64,000 nt of DNA from an uncultured Methanosarcinales archaeon (GCA_964469645.1 CAYXZV010000004.1:308-64307); one strand, 5' to 3'. Shown: positions 34,137 to 44,645, numbered from the stretch's first letter. The notes: generated from the sequence alone by a model not told the origin. Made by a program: numbers and translations.

Positions 34137-36356
34137 ATGGTAAATATAAGGAATTTTACTCCTCGGCTTTACCAAGAAACAATCATGGCTTCTTGTGCTA
34201 AAGGAAATTGCTTGATTATATTACCTACCGGTTTGGGGAAGACAAAAACAGCTATATTAGCAGCTGCACAAAGGCTTAATTCGTTTCCTAACTCAAAAAT
34301 ACTTTTTTTAACGGTGACAAAACCATTAGCAGAGCAGATATATAATGAGGTTGCGGAGTGTATGGATATTGATGAAGGGAACATTGCATTATTTACAGGT
34401 AGCGTTGCTCCGAAGAAAAGAGAAGAATTGTGGAAAAATTCTGTTGTTACTGTAAGTACACCTCAATGTATTGAGAATGATATAATAAATAATAGGATTG
34501 ATTTGGAAAATGTTTCTCTGGTTATTGCAGATGAGGCTCATAACGCTGTTAAGGATTATTCTTATACCTGGGTTGCTAAACAGTATCATAAAAAATCCAG
34601 ATATCCCAGGATAATTGGTTTAACAGCCAGTCCGGGATCTGATTTGGAGAAGATTCAAGAGGTCTGCAAGAACCTGTATATCGAGGAAATAGAGATAAGA
34701 ACAGATCAAGATCCGGATGTAAAGCCTTATGTGCATGATATTGATGTCAATTGGACAGAAGTTGTGCTGCCACAAGTATTTTTAGAGGCTAAAAAATATT
34801 TGCGGAGTTTTCTGAAGGATAGGCTTGAAAAATTAAAAAAATGGGGGATCTTGAGAAGGGCAAACTTAAATTATGTAAATAAAACTGAACTATTGGGTTT
34901 ACAGGCTCAGTTGCGCGGCCGTGCTTCTACTGGAGAAAAGGATTTTGTTGTGTGGACGGCAATCTCTGTTTTAGCTGAAATAATGAAAATCAGCCATGGG
35001 CTGGAGTTATTGGAAACACAGGGAGTTATTTCTTTGTATAAATATATGGAGCGGCTTAATAAAGATTCATCCAGCACAAAAGTAAAGGCCGTCAAGAATA
35101 TTGTAAAAGACTTAAATTTCCGTTCTGCTTTTGTTAAAGTTTCCAGGATGTATGAGGAAAAAGTTGAGCATCCTAAATTAATAGAGCTGCAAAAGATTAT
35201 TGAGAAAGAGGTAGAGGGGTCTGATAAAAAAATCATTGTATTCAACCAATATAGGGATAATGCAGTGGATATTGTTGAAAAATTAAATGCAATGGAAAAT
35301 ATTAAGGCGAAATTATTTGTTGGGCAATTGAAAAAAAATGGCACTGGGTTGAGCCAGAAAGAGCAGAAAGCTGTTTTAGATGATTTCAGAACTGGAGAAT
35401 TTAATGTTTTAGTTGCTACATCTATTGCTGAACAGGGTTTAGATATCCCTCAGGTAGATACTGTCATTTTCTATGAGCCTATACCGTCTGCTATTCGTCA
35501 GATACAGAGGCGTGGAAGAACAGGAAGACATGGTGAGGGAAAGTGTATTGTTTTGATGACAAAAAATACTATGGATGAAGGATATAGATGGGCAGCGCAT
35601 AATAAAGAAAAAAGGATGTATAGAAATTTAGAGAATCTTAAAGGGAAATTAAGCCTGCTCTTGGATACAAGGGAAGAAAAGATTACAAATTATGTCAAGG
35701 AAGATAAGATAAAGATTTTTGCTGATCATCGAGAGAAGGGTTCTGGAATAATAAAAGAATTGATTGAGATGGATGTTGAGTTAAAACTAGAATCTTTTCC
35801 GAACTCTGATTATATCTTAAGTTCAAGGGTTGGTGTTGAATACAAAACTGCAGAGGATTTTGTCCAGAGTATTATTGATGGAAGGTTATTGCAACAGATC
35901 AAAAACTTGAAAACTAATTTTGAGAGGCCTTTGTTGGTTATTGAGGGTGGTGAAGACATTTATTCTGTTAGGAACGTGCATGCAAACGCGATCAGAGGGA
36001 CGCTATCTGCAGTGGCAGTTGATTTTGGCGTTCCTATACTGTACACAAAAGATACTAAGGATACTGCTTCATTGCTTAAGATAATAGCGAAAAGGGAGCA
36101 GGAAGAGATTGGAGTCAGTTTTAATGTCCATCCTGAGAAGAAGAATTTAAGTATCAAAGAGCAGCAGGAATATGTTATAAGTTCTCTTCCTGGCATTGGG
36201 ACTGGATTATCAAAACCAATGCTTAAGCACTTTAAGAGTGTAAAGAATGTCATCAATGCAGAGCAAAAAGAGCTTGAGAAGGTTGAAAAGATTGGGAAGA
36301 AGAAAGCAGAGAAAATAAAGGATATAGTTGATAGGGATTATCAAACATTAGACTAA
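34137..36356 (+). CDS. hef: Hef: SF2 helicase fused to ERCC4/XPF nuclease and HhH
   Basis: Start at MVNIRNFTPRLYQ follows a TATA-like element about 25 nt upstream. Helicase motifs PTGLGKT, DEAH and QRRGRTGR are present. The nuclease region has ADHRE...ERK-type motifs (IFADHREKGSG, VEYKTAEDF). A C-terminal HhH is present. Confidence 0.85.
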   Translation: MVNIRNFTPRLYQETIMASCAKGNCLIILPTGLGKTKTAILAAAQRLNSFPNSKILFLTVTKPLAEQIYNEVAECMDIDEGNIALFTGSVAPKKREELWKNSVVTVSTPQCIENDIINNRIDLENVSLVIADEAHNAVKDYSYTWVAKQYHKKSRYPRIIGLTASPGSDLEKIQEVCKNLYIEEIEIRTDQDPDVKPYVHDIDVNWTEVVLPQVFLEAKKYLRSFLKDRLEKLKKWGILRRANLNYVNKTELLGLQAQLRGRASTGEKDFVVWTAISVLAEIMKISHGLELLETQGVISLYKYMERLNKDSSSTKVKAVKNIVKDLNFRSAFVKVSRMYEEKVEHPKLIELQKIIEKEVEGSDKKIIVFNQYRDNAVDIVEKLNAMENIKAKLFVGQLKKNGTGLSQKEQKAVLDDFRTGEFNVLVATSIAEQGLDIPQVDTVIFYEPIPSAIRQIQRRGRTGRHGEGKCIVLMTKNTMDEGYRWAAHNKEKRMYRNLENLKGKLSLLLDTREEKITNYVKEDKIKIFADHREKGSGIIKELIEMDVELKLESFPNSDYILSSRVGVEYKTAEDFVQSIIDGRLLQQIKNLKTNFERPLLVIEGGEDIYSVRNVHANAIRGTLSAVAVDFGVPILYTKDTKDTASLLKIIAKREQEEIGVSFNVHPEKKNLSIKEQQEYVISSLPGIGTGLSKPMLKHFKSVKNVINAEQKELEKVEKIGKKKAEKIKDIVDRDYQTLD

Positions 36357-36357
36357 A

Positions 36358-37086
36358 ATGGTAAAAGTAGCAGCTGCACAAATTAATGTAATAAAGAATA
36401 CTTTGAAGAATCTGGATAAGATAATTGAATATATAAAAAAAGCTGCTTCTAGAAATGTTGATGTTGTTTGTTTTCCTGAAGCTTGTTTGGTTCATTTAAG
36501 AAATAAAAAAAGAATAAAGGAGATTCCAATTAAAAAATATATTAATGATATAAAAAAAACTTGCAAAGAAAATAATATTCATTGTATTTTTGGAACTAAT
36601 ATTTTAAAAAATGATAAATTATACAATTCTGCATTCTTTATTGATGATAAAGGCAAGGTAATTTACCGATATGATAAAGTAAATCTGTGGATTAATGAAA
36701 GGAAAGAAAAAGTGACTGGAAAGAAAAACAAAGCTGTAAAGACAAAGTTTGGCAAGATCGGGATAATAATCTGTTGGGATATGGCTTATCCGGAATACGT
36801 AAAATTATTGGGAAAACAAGGCGCATGGATTATTTTCTGTCCGTCTTATGTTGTAAACTATAAACGCGAACTAGGAAGTTATGAACAGATTCCTTATGCA
36901 AGGGCTTTTGAAAACTCTGCATATTTTGTCTATAATGATGCTTATTCTAAAGATACTGTTAAGTACAGCTATATCTGCGGACCTTCAAGGATTTATTCAA
37001 AAATTAGAGGTAAAGAAGGCATGATTGTTGCTGATCTAGATCATAGAAAAGTTCTTGGGCTGAGAAAAAGGTATAGGTTGGTTTAG
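36358..37086 (+). CDS. Carbon-nitrogen hydrolase (nitrilase superfamily)
   Basis: VAAAQINV, CFPE (Glu), K and IIICWDMAYPE (Cys) are present. Confidence 0.75.
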   Translation: MVKVAAAQINVIKNTLKNLDKIIEYIKKAASRNVDVVCFPEACLVHLRNKKRIKEIPIKKYINDIKKTCKENNIHCIFGTNILKNDKLYNSAFFIDDKGKVIYRYDKVNLWINERKEKVTGKKNKAVKTKFGKIGIIICWDMAYPEYVKLLGKQGAWIIFCPSYVVNYKRELGSYEQIPYARAFENSAYFVYNDAYSKDTVKYSYICGPSRIYSKIRGKEGMIVADLDHRKVLGLRKRYRLV

Positions 37087-37934
37087 AACTTTATATTATT
37101 TAATCTCTTAATTCTTTCTTGATGATGTGGATGTGTACTTAGTAAAGACATCATTCCTCTTGTTCTGAATGGATTGCTGATGAACATATGGGCTGTTGAT
37201 TGATTACCCAACTTCATTGGATGTCTGTTTGTGTCGTTATGTAATTTCTCAAGGGCTGATGCTAAGCCACTAGAATTTTGTATTATTTTAGCTCCTGTGG
37301 CGTCTGCAAGATATTCTCTGCTTCTTGATATAGCAAGTTGAATTACCATTGCTATTAGTGGAGTTACAATTGCTAATAACAACAAACTTACCATGTTTCC
37401 GCCTTCCCTATTATCTCTACCTCCAAATCCGCCGAATATTGCTGCCCAGCGTGCCATGAAAGCGACATAAGAAATTACTCCAGCTATTGTTGCTGCTACA
37501 GATGAGATTAAAATATCTCTGTTCTTTACATGGGCTATTTCATGTGCCATTACTCCCTTTAGCTCCTCATCATCAAGTAGATTTAATATTCCTTGTGTTG
37601 CTGCTACAGATGCGTGTTTTGGATTTCTTCCTGTTGCAAATGCATTTGATGCATCAGAAGGGATGATATAAACTTTAGGCATTGGGACTTTTGCTTTCTC
37701 AACAACTTCCCTTACTATATCATAAAGTCTGTGAGCTTCTGACTCTTTAACTTCTTTAGCTTTGTACATTCTCAGAACTATCTTGTCAGAAAACCAGTAA
37801 GACCCAATATTCATTATTATTGCAAATATTAGGGCTACAGTTAATCCGGATACTCCTCCCACTAATTGGCCTACAAATAGCAATAAACCTGTCAATGCTC
37901 CAAGTAATACAACAGTTTTTAATTGATTGATCAT
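37083..37934 (-). CDS. htpX: Protease HtpX (M48)
   Basis: HEIAHVKNRD zinc motif, 4 TM helices and STHPHHQERI are present. Confidence 0.9.
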   Translation of the reverse strand: MINQLKTVVLLGALTGLLLFVGQLVGGVSGLTVALIFAIIMNIGSYWFSDKIVLRMYKAKEVKESEAHRLYDIVREVVEKAKVPMPKVYIIPSDASNAFATGRNPKHASVAATQGILNLLDDEELKGVMAHEIAHVKNRDILISSVAATIAGVISYVAFMARWAAIFGGFGGRDNREGGNMVSLLLLAIVTPLIAMVIQLAISRSREYLADATGAKIIQNSSGLASALEKLHNDTNRHPMKLGNQSTAHMFISNPFRTRGMMSLLSTHPHHQERIKRLNNIKF

Positions 37935-37995
37935 TATAAAACCACCTTATAAAATGTAAGATATTTGTATTTAAAAATTTAATGTTTTAGAATTA

Positions 37996-38571
37996 TTACT
38001 TCCATTTAATAGAACAACCTAAAGAGAATAAAAACTCGTGTTTTGGTTTTTTGCCTTCAAGAACTGCTTGTACTGCTTCGTCCATGTCATGCTCTGTTGG
38101 TTCCTGATCTGGTTCCATCTGATTGTTCAAACGACCATGATAAGCTAGGTTTTGTTCTGCATCGAATAAGAAAGGATCTGGTGTGCAACTTGCGCCGTAA
38201 GCTTTTGCTACTTCTTGCGTTTCGTCATGCAGATAAATAAAATTAAATCCTTTTTCTTTTGCAGTTTCTACCATACCTTCAAAATTGTCTTCTGGGTAGT
38301 TTTCTGATTCATTGGAGTTAATACCTACAACAACTAAACCTTTATCTTTATGTTTTTCCTGTAAATCTATTATCATTTGCTGCTTTGCTTTTACATAAGG
38401 GCAATGATTGCATATAAATATTATTAATAATGCTTTTGCGTCCTTGAAATCATTTAAAGAATGTGTTTTTCCATCTATTCCTTTGAGGTTAAAATCTATT
38501 GCTTTTTCTCCTGCTTTTAGGTTTCCTACTGATTTTGTCAATACCATATAAATTACTGGGGCATTGTCCAT
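37996..38571 (-). CDS. Thioredoxin-fold thiol-disulfide oxidoreductase (AhpC/TSA-redoxin family)
   Basis: FICNHCPYV active-site region is present. The start may be the internal MVLTK. Confidence 0.65.
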   Translation of the reverse strand: MDNAPVIYMVLTKSVGNLKAGEKAIDFNLKGIDGKTHSLNDFKDAKALLIIFICNHCPYVKAKQQMIIDLQEKHKDKGLVVVGINSNESENYPEDNFEGMVETAKEKGFNFIYLHDETQEVAKAYGASCTPDPFLFDAEQNLAYHGRLNNQMEPDQEPTEHDMDEAVQAVLEGKKPKHEFLFSLGCSIKWK

Positions 38572-38583
38572 TATTTAAAATTT

Positions 38584-39972
38584 TTGATTAATAAGCAATT
38601 ATTAAATACTGAAAAAGACTACCTAAGACATATGCTGCCGTTAAATGTAACTCTAAGCCATTATAAAAGGAGGGACATACAGGAAGAGATAATCAAGGCT
38701 GCAGAAAACAGAGAGGTTGCTGTTAGATATAATGATAAATTCGGCAATAGACCTGATGTTCTCAACAATCCTAATGATATTCTGGAACTGGCAAAGCAAA
38801 AAGCTACTTCTTTTCATTGTTCAGAAGAGCTGTGGAGGAATCCTTTGCAATTGAGCTCGAATATCAAGAAGCATGAACTAGATGAGTTGAGGACTGGCTG
38901 GGATTTGGTGCTGGATATTGACTGCAGCTTCTATGAATATTCCAAGATTGCTGCTGATTTAGTCATTAAAGCGTTAAAGTTCAATGAAGTAAAATCTATT
39001 TCATGCAAATTTTCCGGGAATAAAGGGTTTCATATTGGAATTCCATTTGAATCATTTCCAGGGAAAGTAGGGAATGATGAGACAAGAGATATGTTCCCCG
39101 ATGCTGCCAGAAAAATCGCTTTTTACATTAAAGAACTGATTAAAAAACCTTTAGGAGAAAAAATAATGGAATATGAAAAGAATGATTTCTCAAAAATTAT
39201 AGAAAAAACAAAGGAAAACCCTAATAAGATAACTTACCATGAAAAAAATAAGTTTGGGGATGATATTGCTAAATTAAATGCAGAGCCTTTCCTGAACATT
39301 GATACTATTTTAATTTCTTCCAGACATTTATTCAGGATGCCATATTCACTGCATGAGAAATCAGGTTTAGTTTCTGTTCCAATAAATCCAGATAATGTTC
39401 TGGATTTTAAAAAAGAAGATGCTGATCCTAAAAATATTAAAGTTTCTGAATTTAGATTCTTGGACAAAGATAATGTTGTAAAAGGGTGTGCAAGAAAATT
39501 ATTGATGCAGGCCTTTGATTTCTCTGCAAATAAGGAAGAAGAGATAAATATAGAAACAAAAAAAGAGTTTGAAATTCCGGAAAGCGCTATGCCTGAAGAT
39601 TTTTTCCCACCATGCATAAAAAAACTTAATAGTGGTCTAGCAGATGGAAAAAAACGTGCATTGTTTGTCTTAATAAATTTCCTTACCAGTCTTGGATGGG
39701 CCTATGATGATATTGAAAAGTATCTTAGAGAATGGAACAAGAAAAATGAGGAGCCATTAAGGGAAAATTACCTTGTAGGGCAATTGAGATATCATAAAGC
39801 CCAAAAGAAAAAGATTTTGCCTCCAAACTGCAACAATAGCATGTATTATGTTGATGTTGGAATCTGCAAGCCTGACAACTTATGCAGCAAGATAAAAAAT
39901 CCTGTGAGTTATGCGCTTAGAAAGACATTTTTTACAAGAAAGAATGTTAAGAAAAATGATGCACAAGAATAA
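38584..39972 (+). CDS. priS: DNA primase, single-chain fusion of PriS catalytic domain and PriL-type Fe-S C-terminal domain
   Basis: DLVLDIDC and FSGNKGFHIGIP are PriS motifs. C-terminal FFPPCIKKL...PPNC...C-x6-C resembles the PriL-CTD cysteines. The start is uncertain (TTG 38584 or ATG 38632). Confidence 0.75.
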   Translation: MINKQLLNTEKDYLRHMLPLNVTLSHYKRRDIQEEIIKAAENREVAVRYNDKFGNRPDVLNNPNDILELAKQKATSFHCSEELWRNPLQLSSNIKKHELDELRTGWDLVLDIDCSFYEYSKIAADLVIKALKFNEVKSISCKFSGNKGFHIGIPFESFPGKVGNDETRDMFPDAARKIAFYIKELIKKPLGEKIMEYEKNDFSKIIEKTKENPNKITYHEKNKFGDDIAKLNAEPFLNIDTILISSRHLFRMPYSLHEKSGLVSVPINPDNVLDFKKEDADPKNIKVSEFRFLDKDNVVKGCARKLLMQAFDFSANKEEEINIETKKEFEIPESAMPEDFFPPCIKKLNSGLADGKKRALFVLINFLTSLGWAYDDIEKYLREWNKKNEEPLRENYLVGQLRYHKAQKKKILPPNCNNSMYYVDVGICKPDNLCSKIKNPVSYALRKTFFTRKNVKKNDAQE

Positions 39973-41707
39973 GATCGTTGCTCTGCTTATTTTCTTTATA
40001 ATATCCTTAATATTTGTTTATCCTATTTTCCAAAATATAAAAAACTGGGGAATCCATGATTGGGACCAGCATTTGATGTATAATGGTGTACCGAAGCAAA
40101 CAATTTTGAAATTTAACCAATTTCCATTGTGGAATCCTTATTATTGCGGCGGGAATGCTATGCTTGCGAATCCTCAGAGCAGTTTTTTGAATCCTCTGTT
40201 TATTTCTGTCCTGATTTTTGGGGAAGTTTTAGGTTTAAAATTATTGATTTTGTTTTACTTAGTTATTGGATTATTTGGGATGTTTTTGTTATCTAGAAAA
40301 CTGGGCATTTCAATGATTTCTTCTTACCTAAGTTCTTTTGTATTCATGCTTAGCGGATTGTATGCAATGCACTTGTCTGTAGGCCATACGGTATGGGTGC
40401 AAATGGCTTTGATACCATATGTTTTCCTATTTTATCTGAAGAGTCTAAAACAAATCAAATATATTTTTTTGAGTTCCTTATTCATGGCATTTATTTTTTT
40501 AAGCGGAGGTGTTTATCCTCTGTTTTTTATTGCTCTTTTTTTGGTTTTTTATTCTATTTTAATGACTGTGAAGGGTTGGAAGAAGTTAAGACTAGTTTAT
40601 CTGAAAAATATACTTATGATTTTTTTATTATTTATTCTATTTAGTTCTATAAAGTTAATTCCTACGATTGAATTTACAAACGAGCACTCTTTTGTGAAAA
40701 AAGATATACAAGATAGTGATTTTAAAAAGATTTTTGATGCTTTGACCTTTAGGGATGTAGAGTTACGTATGGATTATATGTATGATTACAGCATAAACGG
40801 CCATGGAGTTATATGGGGCTGGCATGAATATCATGCTTACATCGGATTCATACCACTAATATTATTCTTATTAGGCTCTGTTTTATTGTTTAGAAAAGAG
40901 TGGCCATTAATCCTGATTGCGATTATATTTTTCTTTATAGCGTGGGGGAATAATTCCATAATAAATATTTGGGAAGTTCTTAGGCAACTTCCGTTCATGT
41001 CTGACCTGCATGGGCCGTCAAGATTTTTAACAGTATTTGTTTTTTCATCATCTTTGATTATCGGAAAGTTTACATCAATTTTCGAAAATAAAGGAATATT
41101 TTTTGATTTTGGAAAAAGGAAATTCAATGTTTTAAAGATAATTTTAGCTTGGTTTGCTTTAATAATTTTTATTGATTTGTTTTTGGTCAATTCTCAATTA
41201 TTTGAGCATTCTTTTGTAAGGGAACCTTTAGAAGTAGAAGAACAGGAATTTACCCAGGTTACTGGGGACAGAGAAAAAACACAGTACCCTATATTTTTGT
41301 CTAATTTAGGGATTGTTAATTGCTTTGAAAGAGTCAAACCAGAACTCAAAGCTATTCCGGAGTTTGATACCGGAAGTCCTGCTGCATATAGCAATTTTAT
41401 TGGCATGACTTACATGCTTGAGAACAACAAAACACAGCAGATAACTTATTTTTCTCCAAATAAGGTGATTGTTGAAACTGATCAATCCGGAACTTTGGTG
41501 TTGAATCAGAATTATGTGAAAGGGTGGAAAGTTAAAGATGGAGAGGTTAAGAATGTCAATGGTTTAATTGGAACTGATATTGAAAGAAATAAGGAAATAG
41601 TATTTTATTATTTGCCTAATAGTTTTGTTTTTGGATTTATAGTGTCGTTAATCTCAATAATTATTGGATTATTTTTATTCTATAAATATAGCAACCTTTA
41701 TAAATAA
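39956..41707 (+). CDS. Large polytopic membrane protein, possible GT-C-type glycosyltransferase
   Basis: About 13 TM helices followed by a soluble C-terminal domain and a final TM helix. No firm motif. Confidence 0.4.
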   Translation: MMHKNKIVALLIFFIISLIFVYPIFQNIKNWGIHDWDQHLMYNGVPKQTILKFNQFPLWNPYYCGGNAMLANPQSSFLNPLFISVLIFGEVLGLKLLILFYLVIGLFGMFLLSRKLGISMISSYLSSFVFMLSGLYAMHLSVGHTVWVQMALIPYVFLFYLKSLKQIKYIFLSSLFMAFIFLSGGVYPLFFIALFLVFYSILMTVKGWKKLRLVYLKNILMIFLLFILFSSIKLIPTIEFTNEHSFVKKDIQDSDFKKIFDALTFRDVELRMDYMYDYSINGHGVIWGWHEYHAYIGFIPLILFLLGSVLLFRKEWPLILIAIIFFFIAWGNNSIINIWEVLRQLPFMSDLHGPSRFLTVFVFSSSLIIGKFTSIFENKGIFFDFGKRKFNVLKIILAWFALIIFIDLFLVNSQLFEHSFVREPLEVEEQEFTQVTGDREKTQYPIFLSNLGIVNCFERVKPELKAIPEFDTGSPAAYSNFIGMTYMLENNKTQQITYFSPNKVIVETDQSGTLVLNQNYVKGWKVKDGEVKNVNGLIGTDIERNKEIVFYYLPNSFVFGFIVSLISIIIGLFLFYKYSNLYK

Positions 41708-41735
41708 GGTGCATTACCCAATTCTTAAAATCAGC

Positions 41736-41768
41736 CTGAAAAGATATCCTTTTCAGTACAGTTTTTTT
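41736..41768 (+). terminator. Hairpin plus T-tract terminator candidate
   Basis: CTGAAAAG-atatc-CTTTTCAG is followed by tacaGTTTTTTT. Confidence 0.5.
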
Positions 41769-41810
41769 AGACTGTTTTCTACAAAAGGGTATCAGTAAAA
41801 GGCTTTTTTT

Positions 41811-41845
41811 GCATAGACAATTACTTTATTCATGTTTGTCTATGC
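41811..41845 (+). promoter_or_regulatory. Perfect 10-bp hairpin in the leader of the rpl3 operon
   Basis: GCATAGACAA-(15 nt)-TTGTCTATGC lies 31 nt upstream of the rpl3 ATG and is followed by aggggtga. Confidence 0.35.
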
Positions 41846-41876
41846 ATTCAGGGGTGATTAAAGCTAACAATTTAAG

Positions 41877-42851
41877 ATGCCACAGAAAAGAAGTCCGAGA
41901 AAAGGAAGTTTGCAGTATTGGCCAAGGAAAAGGGCCAAGAGAGTTTTTGCTAGAGTCAGAACTTGGGCTAAAACAAAGGAAGCAAAACTCCTGGGTTTTG
42001 CGGGCTACAAGGTCGGCATGACTCATCTGGTGATTAGCGACAACAGAAAAACATCAACAACAAAAGGCATGGACATCTTTTGTCCGGCAACAATCATCGA
42101 ATGCCCTCCACTAAAAACTGCTTCTATAAAATTCTACAAAAACACAATTTCCGGTTCAAAGCTTGTTTCTGAGATTCCTGCTGAAAATCTTGATAAAGAA
42201 CTTAAGAGAACAATAAGTTTACCGAAGAATCAGAAGAAAGAAAAGAAATTCCCTGAAGATTTTGATTATATCAGATTGCTGGTGCATACAACTCCTGGAG
42301 TAACGGGTATTGGAAAGAAAAAGCCAGAAATTTTTGAGGTTGGTATCGGCGGTAGCAAAGAAGAGCAATTGAATTACGCTAAAGAAAAGCTCGGAAAAGA
42401 GGTTACTGTTTCTGAAGTTTTCAAAGAAGGTCAGCAATTGGACATACATGCTGTATCTAAAGGTAAAGGTGTGCAGGGTCCTGTAAGAAGATTCGGAATT
42501 GCACTTAAGCACCACAAAACAGAGAAAAGCAGAAGGAATCCTGGAAGCCTTGGTGGATGGATTTCCCAGGGGCATATCATGTGGAGACAAGCAAAAGCTG
42601 GAAAGATGGGACATCATACCAGGACAGAGCGTAACAAATGGCTTTTGAAAATCGGGAATGCAGAAGATATAACTAAAAAAGGAGGTTTTGAGAAGTACGG
42701 GGTTGTTAAAAATTCCTATATTCTTGTCAAAGGTTCTGTAATAGGGCCTAAAAAAAGATTGATAAGATTCAATAATCCTCTTGTGCCGAATAAGATCAGG
42801 CCTAGCGAGGTTCCAACTATACAACACATTAATCTAGATATTAAGGCATAA
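41877..42851 (+). CDS. rpl3: 50S ribosomal protein uL3
   Basis: Starts MPQKRSPRKGSLQYWPRKRA and heads the conserved cluster. Confidence 0.95.
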   Translation: MPQKRSPRKGSLQYWPRKRAKRVFARVRTWAKTKEAKLLGFAGYKVGMTHLVISDNRKTSTTKGMDIFCPATIIECPPLKTASIKFYKNTISGSKLVSEIPAENLDKELKRTISLPKNQKKEKKFPEDFDYIRLLVHTTPGVTGIGKKKPEIFEVGIGGSKEEQLNYAKEKLGKEVTVSEVFKEGQQLDIHAVSKGKGVQGPVRRFGIALKHHKTEKSRRNPGSLGGWISQGHIMWRQAKAGKMGHHTRTERNKWLLKIGNAEDITKKGGFEKYGVVKNSYILVKGSVIGPKKRLIRFNNPLVPNKIRPSEVPTIQHINLDIKA

Positions 42852-42853
42852 AG

Positions 42854-43660
42854 ATGAAACTGGATATTTTAGATACAACAAAGAAGAAAACTGGAGAAAT
42901 AGACTTGCCTAAACAATTTGATGAGGATATACGGCAAGATTTAGTGAGCAGGGCAGTCCTTGCTTTGCAGAGCAGTAAAATACTCCCTTACGGTGCTACA
43001 CCTGAGGCTGGTAAGAGATCTTCTGCAAATCTTTCAAAAAGGAGGAGGAAATACAGAGGTATGTATGGCTTTGGAATATCCAGGACGCCAAGAAAGGTAT
43101 TGTCAAGAAGAGGAACACGAATGTATTGGGTTGGAGCAGTCTCACCAAATACCATAGGTGGAAGGAGAGCTCACCCTCCAAAATCAGAGAAAAAATTTGT
43201 TAAAAAAATCAACAAAAAGGAGAGGAAACTGGCCATAAGAGCAGGCATTTCAGCTACAGTGGTAAGTGATCTTGTCAAGAAGAGAGGGCATATAGTCCCT
43301 GAAAATTACCCATTCATATTGGACAAAAAGTTTGAGGATCTAAGCAAGACTAGAGAAGTCATGCAATCTTTGAATGCTTTTGGATTAAGTAAAGAACTGG
43401 AAAGGGTAGATAAAAAGATTATCAGGAGTGGAAAAGGAAAACACAGAGGTAGAAAATATAAAACAAAAAAAGGTCCTTTAATTGTTGTTTCAAAGCAGGG
43501 AAAGATAATGAAAGCTGCAGATAATATTCCTGGCATAGAAATAATCAATGTAAAAAATCTAAATGCGAGTGTACTTGCTCCTGGAGAGGTTCCTGGAAGA
43601 TTGACCTTATGGACAACAGGGGCTATTGAAACTTTGGAAAAGGAGAAATTATTCAGGTAA
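42854..43660 (+). CDS. rpl4: 50S ribosomal protein uL4
   Basis: Synteny, plus ...RRRKYRGMYGFGISRTPR. Confidence 0.9.
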   Translation: MKLDILDTTKKKTGEIDLPKQFDEDIRQDLVSRAVLALQSSKILPYGATPEAGKRSSANLSKRRRKYRGMYGFGISRTPRKVLSRRGTRMYWVGAVSPNTIGGRRAHPPKSEKKFVKKINKKERKLAIRAGISATVVSDLVKKRGHIVPENYPFILDKKFEDLSKTREVMQSLNAFGLSKELERVDKKIIRSGKGKHRGRKYKTKKGPLIVVSKQGKIMKAADNIPGIEIINVKNLNASVLAPGEVPGRLTLWTTGAIETLEKEKLFR

Positions 43661-43661
43661 A

Positions 43662-43919
43662 ATGGATCCATACAAAATTGTAAAATATCCGTTGTCAACG
43701 GAAAAATCGATAAGGCTTATGGAAAGCCAGAACAAGCTGATTTTTGTAGTTGATATAGATGCTGATAAGAAGATGATAAAGAACGCGGTAGAGGATATGT
43801 TTAAAACGAAAGTTGAGAGTGTCAGTACATATATAGAAGGCGGAGAAAAAAGGGCTTATGTGAAGTTTTCAAATGAAAGTCCTGCTATTGATATTGCGAC
43901 TCAGCTTGGATTGATGTAG
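43662..43919 (+). CDS. rpl23: 50S ribosomal protein uL23
   Basis: Starts MDPYKIVKYPLSTEKSIRLME. The ATG follows the rpl4 stop immediately. Confidence 0.9.
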   Translation: MDPYKIVKYPLSTEKSIRLMESQNKLIFVVDIDADKKMIKNAVEDMFKTKVESVSTYIEGGEKRAYVKFSNESPAIDIATQLGLM

Positions 43920-43929
43920 GTGTGTAAAA

Positions 43930-44643
43930 ATGGGTAAAAACTTAATACAGCAAGCAAGGGGAAAAGGAAGCCCAAGATACAGGGCTCCAAGTTTTAGGTA
44001 CAAGGGAGAAAGCAAATATGCAAGGTATGATGGAAAAACTTTGACTGGAAAAATTGTTGATTTGGTGCACTCCCAAGGGCATAATGCCCCTCTTGCACAA
44101 ATAGAATTTGAAGAGGGCAATACTGTTTTGATGCAGGCTCCGGAAGGAGTAAGAATCGGCGAGACCGTGGAAATGGGAGACAAAGTTGATGTAAAGAATG
44201 GAAATGTGATGCCTTTGAAAAATATACCTGAAGGGATTACCATCTACAACATAGAATCTCTTCCAGGAGACGGTGGAAAATTTGTAAAATCATCAGGAGG
44301 GTCTGCAAAGATAATCACTAAGATGAGGAATATGGTTGTTGTTGAGATGCCTTCTACAAAAAGGAAGGAATTTTTACCTGATTGCAGGGCCACTATAGGC
44401 ATAATTGCAGGTAGCGGCAGAAAAGAAAAACCGTTCTTGAAAGCTGGTAAAAAGTATTATGCCATGAAAGCGAAAAATAAGTTATGGCCTCATGTTTCAG
44501 GATCATCAATGAACTCTGTTGATCATCCATTCGGAGGTTCGAGTTCGGCATCAAAAAGCGGACCGACACAAGCTTCCAGAAATGCTCCTCCAGGGAGAAA
44601 AGTGGGGAAGATTGCTCCTAAGAAAACAGGGAAGAAAAGGTAA
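43930..44643 (+). CDS. rpl2: 50S ribosomal protein uL2
   Basis: [21 protein letters not shown] and NSVDHPFGG are present. Confidence 0.95.
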   Translation: MGKNLIQQARGKGSPRYRAPSFRYKGESKYARYDGKTLTGKIVDLVHSQGHNAPLAQIEFEEGNTVLMQAPEGVRIGETVEMGDKVDVKNGNVMPLKNIPEGITIYNIESLPGDGGKFVKSSGGSAKIITKMRNMVVVEMPSTKRKEFLPDCRATIGIIAGSGRKEKPFLKAGKKYYAMKAKNKLWPHVSGSSMNSVDHPFGGSSSASKSGPTQASRNAPPGRKVGKIAPKKTGKKR

Positions 44644-44645
44644 CA

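Noticed and set aside
41809-42021. 70-aa ORF overlapping the rpl3 leader and start (and its antisense partner 41826..42026)
   Set aside because: It overlaps the well-supported rpl3 start in another frame. It shows no SD or conservation cues and is a by-product of the leader hairpin region.
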